A DNA stretch of 64,000 nt, taken from positions 1-64,000 of IMG/VR virus record IMGVR_UViG_3300021961_000044; one strand, given 5' to 3'. Origin of the DNA: a virus. Positions 55,006 through 64,000 of this stretch are shown in pieces; position 1 is the stretch's first letter; the number at the start of each line of letters is the position of its first letter. The translations under genes and the position numbers were made by a program. A model generated the notes under the pieces. It worked only from the letters and a program-made list of their open reading frames with translations, was not told the DNA's origin and did not search any database.

Positions 55006-56487
55006 ATGCATGTGATTGATACTGAGTCAAATCTTATTATTACCAAATCAAACGAAGTATTTTTAAAGGTAAAAACGGAACCGCACATTGAGTATGAACT
55101 CAGAGACCATTTTACCTTTGAAGTTCCAAACGCAAAGTTTATGCCTCAATATAGGGGCAGAAATTGGAATGGAGAAATACATTTATTTGATATGAGATCT
55201 AAGCAAATTTATGTTGGACTCTTAGATAAGATTGTCCAGTTTTGCAAGAATCATGGATATACTTATAAATTTGAAGATAATAAATGGTATGGCACTCCAT
55301 ATGAAGAAAATGAAAATATCTCATATGAAGGAGTTAAAGACTATATGAATGCTATTTGCTCCCATTCTCCAAGGAAATACCAAATTGAGGGAGTATACGG
55401 TGCTCTAAAGCATAATAGAAAACTATTGATAAGCCCCACTGCGAGCGGCAAATCTTTGATGATTTATTCTCTTGTGAGATATTATGTAGACAAAGGAGAA
55501 AAAATCCTTTTAGTTGTTCCAACGACATCTCTTGTAGAGCAGATGTACAAGGATTTCCTTGATTATGGTTGGGATGTTGATTCATACTGCCACAAGATTT
55601 ATTCTGGTAAAGAAAAAAATATTGATGTTCCAGTAACAATTACTACTTGGCAATCTGTATATAAACTAGAACGTTCTTTTTTTGAAAAGTATGGTTGTAT
55701 TATAGGCGATGAAGCACATTTATTCAAGTCTAAATCTTTAATTCAGATTATGACCAAACTTCATCATGCCAAATACCGTTTTGGTTTTACTGGAACTTTA
55801 GATGGAACTCAAACACATAAATGGGTGCTTGAAGGATTATTTGGTCCATCCTATAAAGTGACAAGAACAGAAGAATTGATGAAACAAGGTCACTTGTCTC
55901 AACTGGATATTCAGTGTCTTATTCTTAAACATCCTTCAAAAAAATTTGATACCTATGAAGATGAGATACAATATTTAATTTCACACGAGCAAAGAAATAA
56001 ATTTATTACCAATCTTACTTTAGATTTAAAAGGAAATACTCTTGTGTTATTCAGTAGAGTAGAAGCACACGGAGCAGTCTTATATGAAAAGATAAATAGT
56101 AGTACACGAGTTGATCGTAGAGTATTTTTTGTGCATGGTGGAGTTGATGCTGAAGAAAGAGAATTAGTCAGAGAGATTACTGAAAGAGAAAACAACGCAA
56201 TCATCGTTGCTTCTTATGGAACTTTTTCTACTGGTATTAATATTAAAAACCTCCATAACGTTATCTTTGCATCACCCAGTAAATCGAGAGTTAGAAATCT
56301 CCAATCAATTGGACGAGTTCTTAGAAAGGGAAAAGATAAGTCTAAAGCAATGCTCTATGACATCGCTGATGATTGTTCAACTAAATCAAGAAGAAACTAT
56401 ACTTTAAACCACCTCATTGAAAGAATTAAAATCTATAATGAAGAGAATTTTAATTATGACATAATAACTATCAATCTAAAACCATGA
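55006..56487 (+). CDS. uvsW: UvsW SF2 RNA-DNA/DNA helicase
   Basis: SPTASGKS, DEAH, TGT, STGINI, QSIGRVLR motifs; late promoter AATAAATA at 54983-54990. Confidence 0.96.
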   Translation: MHVIDTESNLIITKSNEVFLKVKTEPHIEYELRDHFTFEVPNAKFMPQYRGRNWNGEIHLFDMRSKQIYVGLLDKIVQFCKNHGYTYKFEDNKWYGTPYEENENISYEGVKDYMNAICSHSPRKYQIEGVYGALKHNRKLLISPTASGKSLMIYSLVRYYVDKGEKILLVVPTTSLVEQMYKDFLDYGWDVDSYCHKIYSGKEKNIDVPVTITTWQSVYKLERSFFEKYGCIIGDEAHLFKSKSLIQIMTKLHHAKYRFGFTGTLDGTQTHKWVLEGLFGPSYKVTRTEELMKQGHLSQLDIQCLILKHPSKKFDTYEDEIQYLISHEQRNKFITNLTLDLKGNTLVLFSRVEAHGAVLYEKINSSTRVDRRVFFVHGGVDAEERELVREITERENNAIIVASYGTFSTGINIKNLHNVIFASPSKSRVRNLQSIGRVLRKGKDKSKAMLYDIADDCSTKSRRNYTLNHLIERIKIYNEENFNYDIITINLKP

Positions 56488-56885
56488 TGGAAGATGATTT
56501 TTATGCAACAATAAAACTAAAAACAGGCGAAGAAATATTTGCCAAAGTTTCACCATGCCATGAAGATGACAGAACTTTATTATTTCTTTCTTGTCCAATA
56601 ATATTAGAAGAAATCAAACATCCTAAAGGGGTTACTGGATACAAAGTAGAAAGATGGTTGAAAAGTTCTGATGGAGAGATGATAGTATTGGACATGGACA
56701 ATGTACTTACAATGTCAGAATCAAAAGATATGCACATAATAAATATGCATCAACATTTCAGCAGATCATCTAATGAAAAATCTCCATCAAATTCATCTCA
56801 TTCAGAGTTAAGTAGAAAAATGGGATTCTTAGGAAACGTTGATGAAGCAAAAGAATTATTAGAAAAGCTTTATAAAGAACATTAA
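56484..56885 (+). CDS. Conserved hypothetical protein (Sm-like pattern), 133 aa
   Basis: FYATIKLKTGEEIFAKV; usual position between uvsW and gp55. Confidence 0.7.
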   Translation: MMEDDFYATIKLKTGEEIFAKVSPCHEDDRTLLFLSCPIILEEIKHPKGVTGYKVERWLKSSDGEMIVLDMDNVLTMSESKDMHIINMHQHFSRSSNEKSPSNSSHSELSRKMGFLGNVDEAKELLEKLYKEH

Positions 56886-56917
56886 GCTATATTTGTCTCT
56901 TCAACCCTAACAAAGGT

Positions 56918-56946
56918 ATTCTACTGATGTTTTAGAACCTTGTCAA
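56918..56946 (-). promoter_or_regulatory. Antisense sigma70-type promoter
   Basis: Minus strand reads TTGACA (56946-56941), 17 nt, TAGAAT (56923-56918). Confidence 0.65.
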
Positions 56947-56969
56947 CTATTCACTGTAGATGTTATAAT
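56940..56969 (+). promoter_or_regulatory. Sigma70-type promoter for gp55
   Basis: TTGTCA (56940-56945), 18 nt, TGn-TATAAT (56961-56969). Confidence 0.7.
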
Positions 56970-56993
56970 GTCTACATATGATAGTAAATACTT

Positions 56994-57530
56994 ATGATAC
57001 ATTCAGGAATGACTAAAAGAAAAAGGTCAGAACATTATGTAAATAATAAAGAATTTCTTGCAGCATTGATAACTTATAGAAATGATGTAGAAAATACATT
57101 TATTAAAAAGTTTGGAAGAGAACCAACCAAAGAAGATAGAGGCACAAAGTGGGATACTAAACCTCCTATCCCTCGCTACATTGGAGAGTGTTTTCTTAAG
57201 ATTGCTAATCACTTGTCATTCAAACCAAACTTCGTGAACTATATGTTCAAGGAAGATATGATTTCTGATGGCATTGAAAACTGTGTTCAATACATTCATA
57301 ACTTCAATCCAGAGAAGTCACAAAACCCATTTGCATACTTCACTCAAATCATTCACTACGCTTTCCTTCGTCGTATCCAAAGAGAAAAGCGTCAATTAGA
57401 CATCAAGAATAAGATTATTGAACGATCTGGATTTACTGAAGTATTTGACGATAACAATACTCTTGACGGATCCAACTACTCCGATTACAATAGCATTAAA
57501 GACGCTGTACACTCTAAACTTCGGTACTGA
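56994..57530 (+). CDS. gp55: Late sigma factor gp55
   Basis: HYVNNKEFL...YIGECFLKIANHLS...NFVNYMFKEDMISDGIENC...NPFAYFTQIIHYAFLRRIQREK. Confidence 0.97.
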   Translation: MIHSGMTKRKRSEHYVNNKEFLAALITYRNDVENTFIKKFGREPTKEDRGTKWDTKPPIPRYIGECFLKIANHLSFKPNFVNYMFKEDMISDGIENCVQYIHNFNPEKSQNPFAYFTQIIHYAFLRRIQREKRQLDIKNKIIERSGFTEVFDDNNTLDGSNYSDYNSIKDAVHSKLRY

Positions 57531-58580
57531 ATGAAAGTCGCTATTATCACGGATCAACATTTTGGATGCCGTAAAAATTCAAAATTATTTCATGATTATT
57601 TTTTGAAATTCTATAATGATATATTTTTTCCTACCTTGGAAAAAGAAGGAATTTCAGTAGTTATTGATATGGGAGATACGTTTGATAATAGACAAGGTAT
57701 TAATTTTGGTGCTTTAGCGTGGGCAAAAGATAATTACTATGATCGTTTGAGGAACATGGGTGTTCATGTTCATACGATTGTTGGAAACCATACTGCATTT
57801 TATAAAAATACGAATGAAATTAACGCAGTAGATTTGTTGCTTCGTGAATACAACAATGTTACTGTATATTCAAATGCAAAAGAAGTTAAGTTAGATAATT
57901 TAAATGTTCTTTTTATTCCTTGGATCAATCAAGAGAATGAAAATGAAACAGTCAAATTGGTTAAAAATACAACTTGTAAACTGGCAATGGGTCATCTTGA
58001 ATTAAATGGATTCAGGGCTCATCGTGGACATGTCATGGAAAATGGTATGGATACAGATCTTTTTAACAAATTTGAAAAAGTATACTCTGGACATTATCAT
58101 ACAAGATCTTCCGATGGTAAAATTTTCTATTTGGGAAATCCATATGAAATGTTTTGGAATGATGTAAATGACACTCGTGGATTCCATATATTTGATACAG
58201 AAACTCTAGAGCATGTTGCAGTCGATAATCCATATAAGTTGTTTTATAACATTTATTATGAAGATCAACCACATCAACTTCTAGATGCAAAAGTGTATGA
58301 GGATAAAATTGTAAAAGTTATTGTCCGTAAAAAATCAAGTTCTAAAAGATTTGAAAAATTTATTGATAAACTTTATGATGCTGGAGTATATGAGTTAAAA
58401 GTTGTTGAAACATATAATTTTGATGGATGGTATGAATCCGATGATAAAAAAACATATGAATCGGAAGATACGATGTCAATTCTAAACCGTTATATTGATG
58501 ATGCAGAAATAGAATTGGATAAGTCCCACATTAAGAATATTATGAGAACAGTATATCAAGAAGCATGTGAGATGATATAA
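57531..58580 (+). CDS. gp47: Recombination endonuclease gp47 (Mre11/SbcD-like)
   Basis: TDQHFG, GDTFD, GNH, GHLE, SGHYH metallophosphoesterase motifs. Confidence 0.96.
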   Translation: MKVAIITDQHFGCRKNSKLFHDYFLKFYNDIFFPTLEKEGISVVIDMGDTFDNRQGINFGALAWAKDNYYDRLRNMGVHVHTIVGNHTAFYKNTNEINAVDLLLREYNNVTVYSNAKEVKLDNLNVLFIPWINQENENETVKLVKNTTCKLAMGHLELNGFRAHRGHVMENGMDTDLFNKFEKVYSGHYHTRSSDGKIFYLGNPYEMFWNDVNDTRGFHIFDTETLEHVAVDNPYKLFYNIYYEDQPHQLLDAKVYEDKIVKVIVRKKSSSKRFEKFIDKLYDAGVYELKVVETYNFDGWYESDDKKTYESEDTMSILNRYIDDAEIELDKSHIKNIMRTVYQEACEMI

Positions 58581-58852
58581 TGTATATTATTACTGTATTG
58601 GGAAAGGAGAGCGAAGGTGCTTATTCAGTTATGAGTGATGATGGAGAACATGTTCTCTATATGTTTGAAGATGAGGACGATGCTGTGAGATATGCTATGC
58701 TTTTGGAAGAAGATAGAGATTTCCCAGAAATGCATGTAATTGAAGTTGACGATGAAATGATGTTTCAGTTATGTGAACTAAACGATTATAGATATGCAGT
58801 TATATCTAAGAATGACATTGTAATTCCACCAGAACACCATGATTATATTTGA
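58580..58852 (+). CDS. Conserved hypothetical protein, 90 aa
   Basis: EGAYSV...LYMFEDEDDAVRYAMLLE...IVIPP; between gp47 and gp46. Confidence 0.75.
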   Translation: MYIITVLGKESEGAYSVMSDDGEHVLYMFEDEDDAVRYAMLLEEDRDFPEMHVIEVDDEMMFQLCELNDYRYAVISKNDIVIPPEHHDYI

Positions 58853-60551
58853 AAAAATTCGTTGGAAAAACTTTTTGTCAACGGGCAATCAATTTACTGA
58901 AATTAATTTATCCAATAAATCTACAACTCTGGTTGTAGGTACTAATGGTGCTGGAAAGAGTACAGTTTTGGATGCACTTACTTTTTCTTTGTTCGGCAAA
59001 CCATATAGAAAAATCAATAAACCACAACTTTCTAATTCCGTGAATGAAAAAGATTGTGTTGTTGAAATTGAATTTACTATTGGTCCTTCCAAATGGAAAA
59101 TAATTCGTGGAATCAAACCAAATAAATTCGAGATTTATAAAAATGATAATCTATTGAATCAAGACGCAAGTATTATTGATCAACAAAAATGGTTTGAGCA
59201 AAATGTCTTAAAAATGAACTATAAGTCTTTTACTCAAATTGTAATTTTGGGTAGCAGCACTTTTGTTCCATTTATGCAACTTTCCGCTTCTCATCGAAGA
59301 GAAGTGATTGAGGATCTTCTGGATATTAAAATATTCTCTTCAATGAGTAATATTTTGAAAGAAAAAATTCGTGATGTTAGGGAAGAAATTAAAGTCCTTG
59401 AACTTAAAAAAGAATCTCTCAAGGATAAAGTTGAAATGCAAAACAACTTTATAGAAGAATTGGAGAATCGCGGTAAAGAAAATATAAATCAGAAAAAACA
59501 TATTATAGAAAGTCTTATTAGTGAAGAAACTCTTTTGATGAATTCAAATGCTTCTATTGAGGAAGATATTTTTAAACTCACAAAGGATCTTGAAGATGTT
59601 TCTGGAGCAACAGAAAAACTTCGTAGACTTGGTGGACTCAAAGGAAAAATCTCACAAAAAGTATCAAACATTACAACAGAACATAAATTTTTTACAGAAA
59701 ATACGGTATGCCCTACATGTACGCAATCTATTGATGAAGAGTTTCGCCTAAATAGAATTAAGGACGCTCAAGATAAAGCAAAGGAGTTGCAGTCTGGTTA
59801 CAAAGAACTAGAGGAGGCAATTAAAGAGGAGGAAGAGCGAGAGCGTCATTTTTCCATTTTATCTAAGGAGATTACTTCTTTAACACATGGCATTTCTAAA
59901 AACAATACTAAGATATCTGGATGTCAACGACAGATCAGAGATCTGGAATCGGAAATTCAGAGAATTACCGATCAACTTGAAAACAGAAATACTGAACATG
60001 AGAAGTTAGAAACTTTTAAAAAAAATTTAATAACAACGGATAATTCTCTTTTTGAATACAAAGAGAATTTATCTAACTATAATTTTTCTTTTTCCCTACT
60101 CAAAGATGGAGGGGTTAAAGGAAATATTATTAAAAAATATCTTCCTCTGATAAATCAGCAAGTAAACAGATACTTGCAGATGATGGACTTCTATATTAAT
60201 TTTACTCTTGATGAGGAGTTTAATGAAACTGTAGAATCTCCTATTCATGAGAATTTTTCATATTCATCTTTTAGTGAAGGCGAAAAGATGAGAATCGATC
60301 TCTCTCTTCTGTTTACTTGGAGAGAAGTTGCTAGAATGAAAAATTCTATCAACACAAATCTTCTCATAATGGATGAAGTGTTTGATAGTTCTCTGGATGG
60401 TTTTGGTACAGATGAATTTTTAAAAATCATTCGGTTTGTCATCAAAGACGCTAACATTTTTGTTATATCCCATAAAACAGGAATGGAAGACAAGTTTGAT
60501 GATGTAATTAAATTTGAAAAAGTTAAAGGATTTAGTAGAGTGGCATTATGA
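58839..60551 (+). CDS. gp46: Recombination ATPase gp46 (Rad50/SbcC-like)
   Basis: KNFLSTGN, GTNGAGKST, zinc hook CPTC, FSEGEK signature, MDEVFDSSLD. Confidence 0.97.
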   Translation: MIIFEKIRWKNFLSTGNQFTEINLSNKSTTLVVGTNGAGKSTVLDALTFSLFGKPYRKINKPQLSNSVNEKDCVVEIEFTIGPSKWKIIRGIKPNKFEIYKNDNLLNQDASIIDQQKWFEQNVLKMNYKSFTQIVILGSSTFVPFMQLSASHRREVIEDLLDIKIFSSMSNILKEKIRDVREEIKVLELKKESLKDKVEMQNNFIEELENRGKENINQKKHIIESLISEETLLMNSNASIEEDIFKLTKDLEDVSGATEKLRRLGGLKGKISQKVSNITTEHKFFTENTVCPTCTQSIDEEFRLNRIKDAQDKAKELQSGYKELEEAIKEEEERERHFSILSKEITSLTHGISKNNTKISGCQRQIRDLESEIQRITDQLENRNTEHEKLETFKKNLITTDNSLFEYKENLSNYNFSFSLLKDGGVKGNIIKKYLPLINQQVNRYLQMMDFYINFTLDEEFNETVESPIHENFSYSSFSEGEKMRIDLSLLFTWREVARMKNSINTNLLIMDEVFDSSLDGFGTDEFLKIIRFVIKDANIFVISHKTGMEDKFDDVIKFEKVKGFSRVAL

Positions 60552-61342
60552 TTGAAATTGGTATTGTAGGAAACGGTTTTGTTGGAAATGCAGTCTATCA
60601 AAACTTCAGAGATAAAGTATCAACAAAAGTTTTTGATGTAGACAAGAACAGATCTCTCAATACTTTTGAAGAAATTTTGGAATGTGATTACATTTTTCTT
60701 TGTTTGCCGACACCAATGAGATTTGGTGGAGAATGTGATGTTTCCATTCTTGACAACTTCTTCGAATCTTTGCCTGATAATGTTCCAGGCACTTTTATTA
60801 TCAAATCTACAGTTCCAGTAGGAACTACTAAGAAATATGCTGAAAGGCATAATGTCATTCATAATCCAGAATTTCTTACCGCTAGAAATGCTGTTCAAGA
60901 CTTTGCAAATTCGGAAAGAAATGTGATTGGTGGCGATCTTGAATTGTGTCAAGACTTTGCAAGCATGTTCCACACTTGCTTCCCCCATATTCCGAATCAT
61001 ATTGTTACTTCTGATGAAAGTGAAACAATTAAATATTTTTCAAATACTTTTCTCGCATATAAAGTTGCATATTTTAATAAGATGTATGACTTTTGCGAAA
61101 AACATGGAATGAACTACGATGTAGTCTGTGACGGTGTTACTGCTGACAGTAGAATTGGAAAATCACACACAAGAGTCCCTGGAGTGGATACTGATCGTGG
61201 ATTTGGAGGAACCTGTTTCCCCAAAGATCTGAATTCCCTCATAGTTCAAATGGAAGAAGTTGGTGTGAACGCTGATATGCTAAAATCTGTTTGGGAATAC
61301 AATCAACAAATACGAAAGGTCATAGACTGGCCAGTTACCTAA
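60548..61342 (+). CDS. UDP-glucose/GDP-mannose dehydrogenase family protein (short form), 264 aa
   Basis: GxGxxG (GNGFVG), CLPTP, IKSTVPVG, NPEFL, KYFSNTFLA, catalytic GFGGTCFPKD. Confidence 0.88.
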   Translation: MIEIGIVGNGFVGNAVYQNFRDKVSTKVFDVDKNRSLNTFEEILECDYIFLCLPTPMRFGGECDVSILDNFFESLPDNVPGTFIIKSTVPVGTTKKYAERHNVIHNPEFLTARNAVQDFANSERNVIGGDLELCQDFASMFHTCFPHIPNHIVTSDESETIKYFSNTFLAYKVAYFNKMYDFCEKHGMNYDVVCDGVTADSRIGKSHTRVPGVDTDRGFGGTCFPKDLNSLIVQMEEVGVNADMLKSVWEYNQQIRKVIDWPVT

Positions 61343-61546
61343 ATGACTACTCCAAATTGGCAACATCACTCCAAGAAAGAACAAAAAAGAAAATTAAAAC
61401 CGCAAGCATTAAGGTCTAGACGCGAAGCGTTAAGACACTTTAAGAAGAAGCACATGGGTCGTCCTAAGGGCGACCTTTCGTCGTATTATGGATTCATACG
61501 AAACGAGGACCATGATCTCACACGAAATCAAATCTCAACTTGCTAA
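61343..61546 (+). CDS. Small basic hypothetical protein (MTTPNWQHHSKKEQKR...)
   Basis: ORF track; abuts the previous stop codon; highly basic. Confidence 0.65.
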   Translation: MTTPNWQHHSKKEQKRKLKPQALRSRREALRHFKKKHMGRPKGDLSSYYGFIRNEDHDLTRNQISTC

Positions 61547-63664
61547 ACTTCTTGCTACGGAAGATCTGATTGTAGAGAATCGTAAGGTTGAAACGGCACA
61601 GTTTAATGTTCATACTCGTGTACTGACTCTTCCTATCTGGAGTAAAGCTAGTAATACTGTATATGATCTTCTTGTTGGACATGAAGTCGGTCATGCACTT
61701 TTTACCCCAGATGAGGATCTTCCAAAAACTATTCCTCACCAATTCATCAATGTAGTTGAAGATGCTCGTATTGAGAAATTGATGAAACGAAAGTATCCTG
61801 GTCTTGCTAAAACTTTTTTTGGTGGATATAAAGAATTGAACGAAGAAGATTTCTTCAATCTTGAAGATGAAGATATTTCTTCAATGAATCTTGCTGACCG
61901 AGCAAACCTTTTGTTTAAAATCGGCAATCATATTCAGATTCCTATTGAGTCTGGAGAAGAAACTGAAATCATCAATATGATTGAGAGACTGAAACTTTTA
62001 CTGATGTTCTCCTCGCAGCAGAAGCACTCTATAAGTTCTGTAAGCAAAAACAGCAGGAAGAAACTAAGATTCCTATAAATTCGCTCGAATCTCAGCAGAG
62101 TGGTGGCAACCAACCTGCCTCTGACTTCTCCGATCAACCTGAGGGTGAGAATGAAAGTGATCAGGAAAAACCTGGTGAAACTGATTCTTATGGTGGAACA
62201 GCTAATAGCGAATCTCCAACAACAACTCCTTCTTCTGCTGGGGATTCTAGTGAACCAGAAGTAAAAACTGCGGAAAGTCTTGAAGATAGTTTGAAAAATC
62301 TTATCGATTCTGGAGCATGTGACAATGTTTATGTTGAACTTCCAAAATTGAATTTGGATACTGTTATTGCCAGCAACAAAGATGTTCATAATATCATCAA
62401 TAGTCATTTTGTTTCTCAACTGAAAAAATGGGAACGATTCGACACAGATGGTAGTCCTTTTGCAGAAAAAGATGCAGAATATCTTTCATTTAAGAAGTCT
62501 GCTCAAAAAGAAGTTAATTATCTTGTAAAAGAATTCGAGTGCCGCAAAGCAGCAGATTCTTATTCTCGTTCTACCACTGCTCGCACTGGTATTTTAGATT
62601 GCACCAAACTTCACACTTATAAGTATAATGAAGATCTATTCAGGAAAGTTTCCGTTATTCCTGATGGAAAAAATCATGGACTTGTATTTGTCCTTGATTG
62701 GTCTGGATCTATGGGTCAGGTAATGCTTGACACTATCAAGCAACTCTATAATCTGATTTGGTTTTGTAAGAAAGTTTCTATTCCTTTTGAAGTATATGCC
62801 TTCACATGCGAGTGGAAACGCCCGTTCTATGACGAATTGTTGGACAAGTATACTCCAGCTAATATTCAACCTCACTTTGAAAAGAAAGAAAATCTTCTGT
62901 TAGTTGATGAAACTTTTTGTATGATGAATCTTTTTACTAGCAAAGTAAAGGCAAATCAACTTGAAGACCAAATGCTTAATATTTGGAGAGTTTCTTGTTA
63001 TTTTTCAGGTTCTCGTTCTCTTTACACTATTCCAGATCAGTTGTCTCTTTCTGGAACTCCTCTGAATGAGTCTTTGATTGCTCTGCATCAAATTCTTCCT
63101 AAGTTTCAAAAGGAGAATAAACTTCAAAAAGTCCAATGTGTTATTTTGACTGATGGTGAAGCTAGTCCATTGAATAGAGTTGTATCTGTTCAACGTGATT
63201 GGGAAAAAGAACCTTATCTTGGATCTAGACGTTTGATTCCAGACATTACTTTTGTTCGTGATCGTAAACTTGGAACAACATATAGGGTGGAATATCAATA
63301 CCATAAGTTTACAGATCTTCTTCTCAATAATTTGAAAGATAATTTTTCGTATGTTAATTTTATTGGTATTCGTGTTCTTTCTTCCAGAGATGTGAATTCA
63401 TTTATTCGTTTGCATTTATCATACGATTCCAAAGAATTTCAAAAAATTCAAACCGATTGGAAAAAGCAAAGAAGTTTTAATATTAATAATTCTGGGTATG
63501 ATGCATACTTCGGAATTTCTGCAACTTCTTTGTCTCAGGATTCTGAATTTGAAGTGAATGATGGTGCAACAAAAGCGCAAATCAAATCCGCTTTTGTTAA
63601 ATCTTTGAAAACAAAAAAACTAAATAAAAAAGTTCTTGGCGAATTTATTTCTTTGGTGGTGTAA
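61512..63664 (+). pseudogene. HExxH metallopeptidase + vWA (CobT-like) protein interrupted by one frameshift near 61983-61985
   Basis: N-part has HEVGH and VEDARIE. The -1 frame is open from 61985 (ETETFTDVLLAAEALYKFCK...) into ORF 62291-63664, which has MIDAS DWSGS, GTPL and LTDGE. Joined length would be about 717 aa. May be a sequencing error. Confidence 0.8.
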
Positions 63665-63853
63665 ATGGCAAAGTTTAATTATCCAAATTCATCCGAGAAA
63701 TGTCCGTACTGTGGTGAGAAACAGAAACCTTGTTCGGAAATAACAAGTTTGTCGCGAGCATATGCCCGCGCCGCCTGTAGGAAAAAATACAATGGTGTGC
63801 CAATCGACAAACTGATTGAAGATGGGCATCCAGACACCAATCCTGACCTATAA
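63665..63853 (+). CDS. Small Cys-containing hypothetical protein, 62 aa
   Basis: CPYC...C...C; abuts the previous stop codon. Confidence 0.5.
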   Translation: MAKFNYPNSSEKCPYCGEKQKPCSEITSLSRAYARAACRKKYNGVPIDKLIEDGHPDTNPDL

Positions 63854-63876
63854 TAACTTCAGTTCAAAAAAACAAC

Positions 63877-64000
63877 ATGGCAATCTCTTCTGAGTACATT
63901 CGCACTTCTTTAAAAGCAACTTACGGAGAGTCTGTGACTACTGCTGATATTCGTGCATGGTGCGCTTTGAATGATAACAACTATCAAACCGTTACCAAAA
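63877..64000 (+). CDS. N-terminus (partial) of a probable CobS/MoxR-like AAA+ ATPase
   Basis: MAISSEYIRTSLKATYGESVTTADIRAWCALNDNNYQTVTK, preceded by TATAAT at 63849-63854. The call is from synteny with the peptidase-vWA gene; the ATPase motifs would lie outside the window. Confidence 0.6.
   Translation, partial: MAISSEYIRTSLKATYGESVTTADIRAWCALNDNNYQTVTK

Noticed and set aside
43033-60551. Introns or inteins in gp17, gp20, gp23, uvsW, gp46 or gp47
   Set aside because: All are continuous and of normal length, with no intein or LAGLIDADG/HNH insertions visible.
62040-62055. C AAA AAC as a programmed -1 frameshift site
   Set aside because: Not a canonical heptamer, and protein-like sequence in the -1 frame already starts about 60 nt upstream.
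1-64000. tRNA genes, photosynthesis genes, integrase, or stop-codon reassignment
   Set aside because: No cloverleaf or T-loop signature seen in the short intergenic gaps; no psbA/hli-type ORFs; core genes are intact under the standard code and TAA, TAG and TGA are all used as stops.

Overview
64 kb of a T4-like myophage genome, with every supported gene on the + strand. Gene order, the conserved small ORFs and the vWA-peptidase/CobS-like pair at the right end fit a cyanomyovirus (Kyanoviridae-like). The host is inferred, because no photosynthesis gene lies in the window. Left to right: end of an early small-gene region with a structured non-coding gap; a glycosyltransferase-like gene; baseplate (gp25, gp6, a 4097-aa gp7-like protein, a gp9/10-type lectin fibre, gp8, a VrlC/DUF4815-like protein); neck and tail (gp13-gp15); gp16; a ~10.7 kb variable island between gp16 and gp17 (fibre chain, collagen-like fibre, putative capsid-internal proteins); gp17-gp23; gp3; uvsY; uvsW; gp55; gp47/gp46; a truncated UDP-sugar dehydrogenase; a frameshifted peptidase-vWA gene; start of a CobS/MoxR-like ATPase. 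Main hunt results: (1) a candidate plug-and-socket fibre assembly code (C-terminal D-[GA]-G-x-F tails followed by genes starting with Mtd-N-like I-x-[IF]-[KR]-R heads); (2) a G-[IVL]-[GSTA]-[TS] motif enriched in unrelated outer virion proteins, a possible glycosylation sequon; (3) a capsid-targeted cassette with a probable gp21-cleaved polyprotein; (4) an unannotated NblA-like ORF; (5) an antisense sigma70 promoter aimed at uvsW; (6) a candidate ncRNA. All calls come from reading motifs and synteny. No database searches were run.
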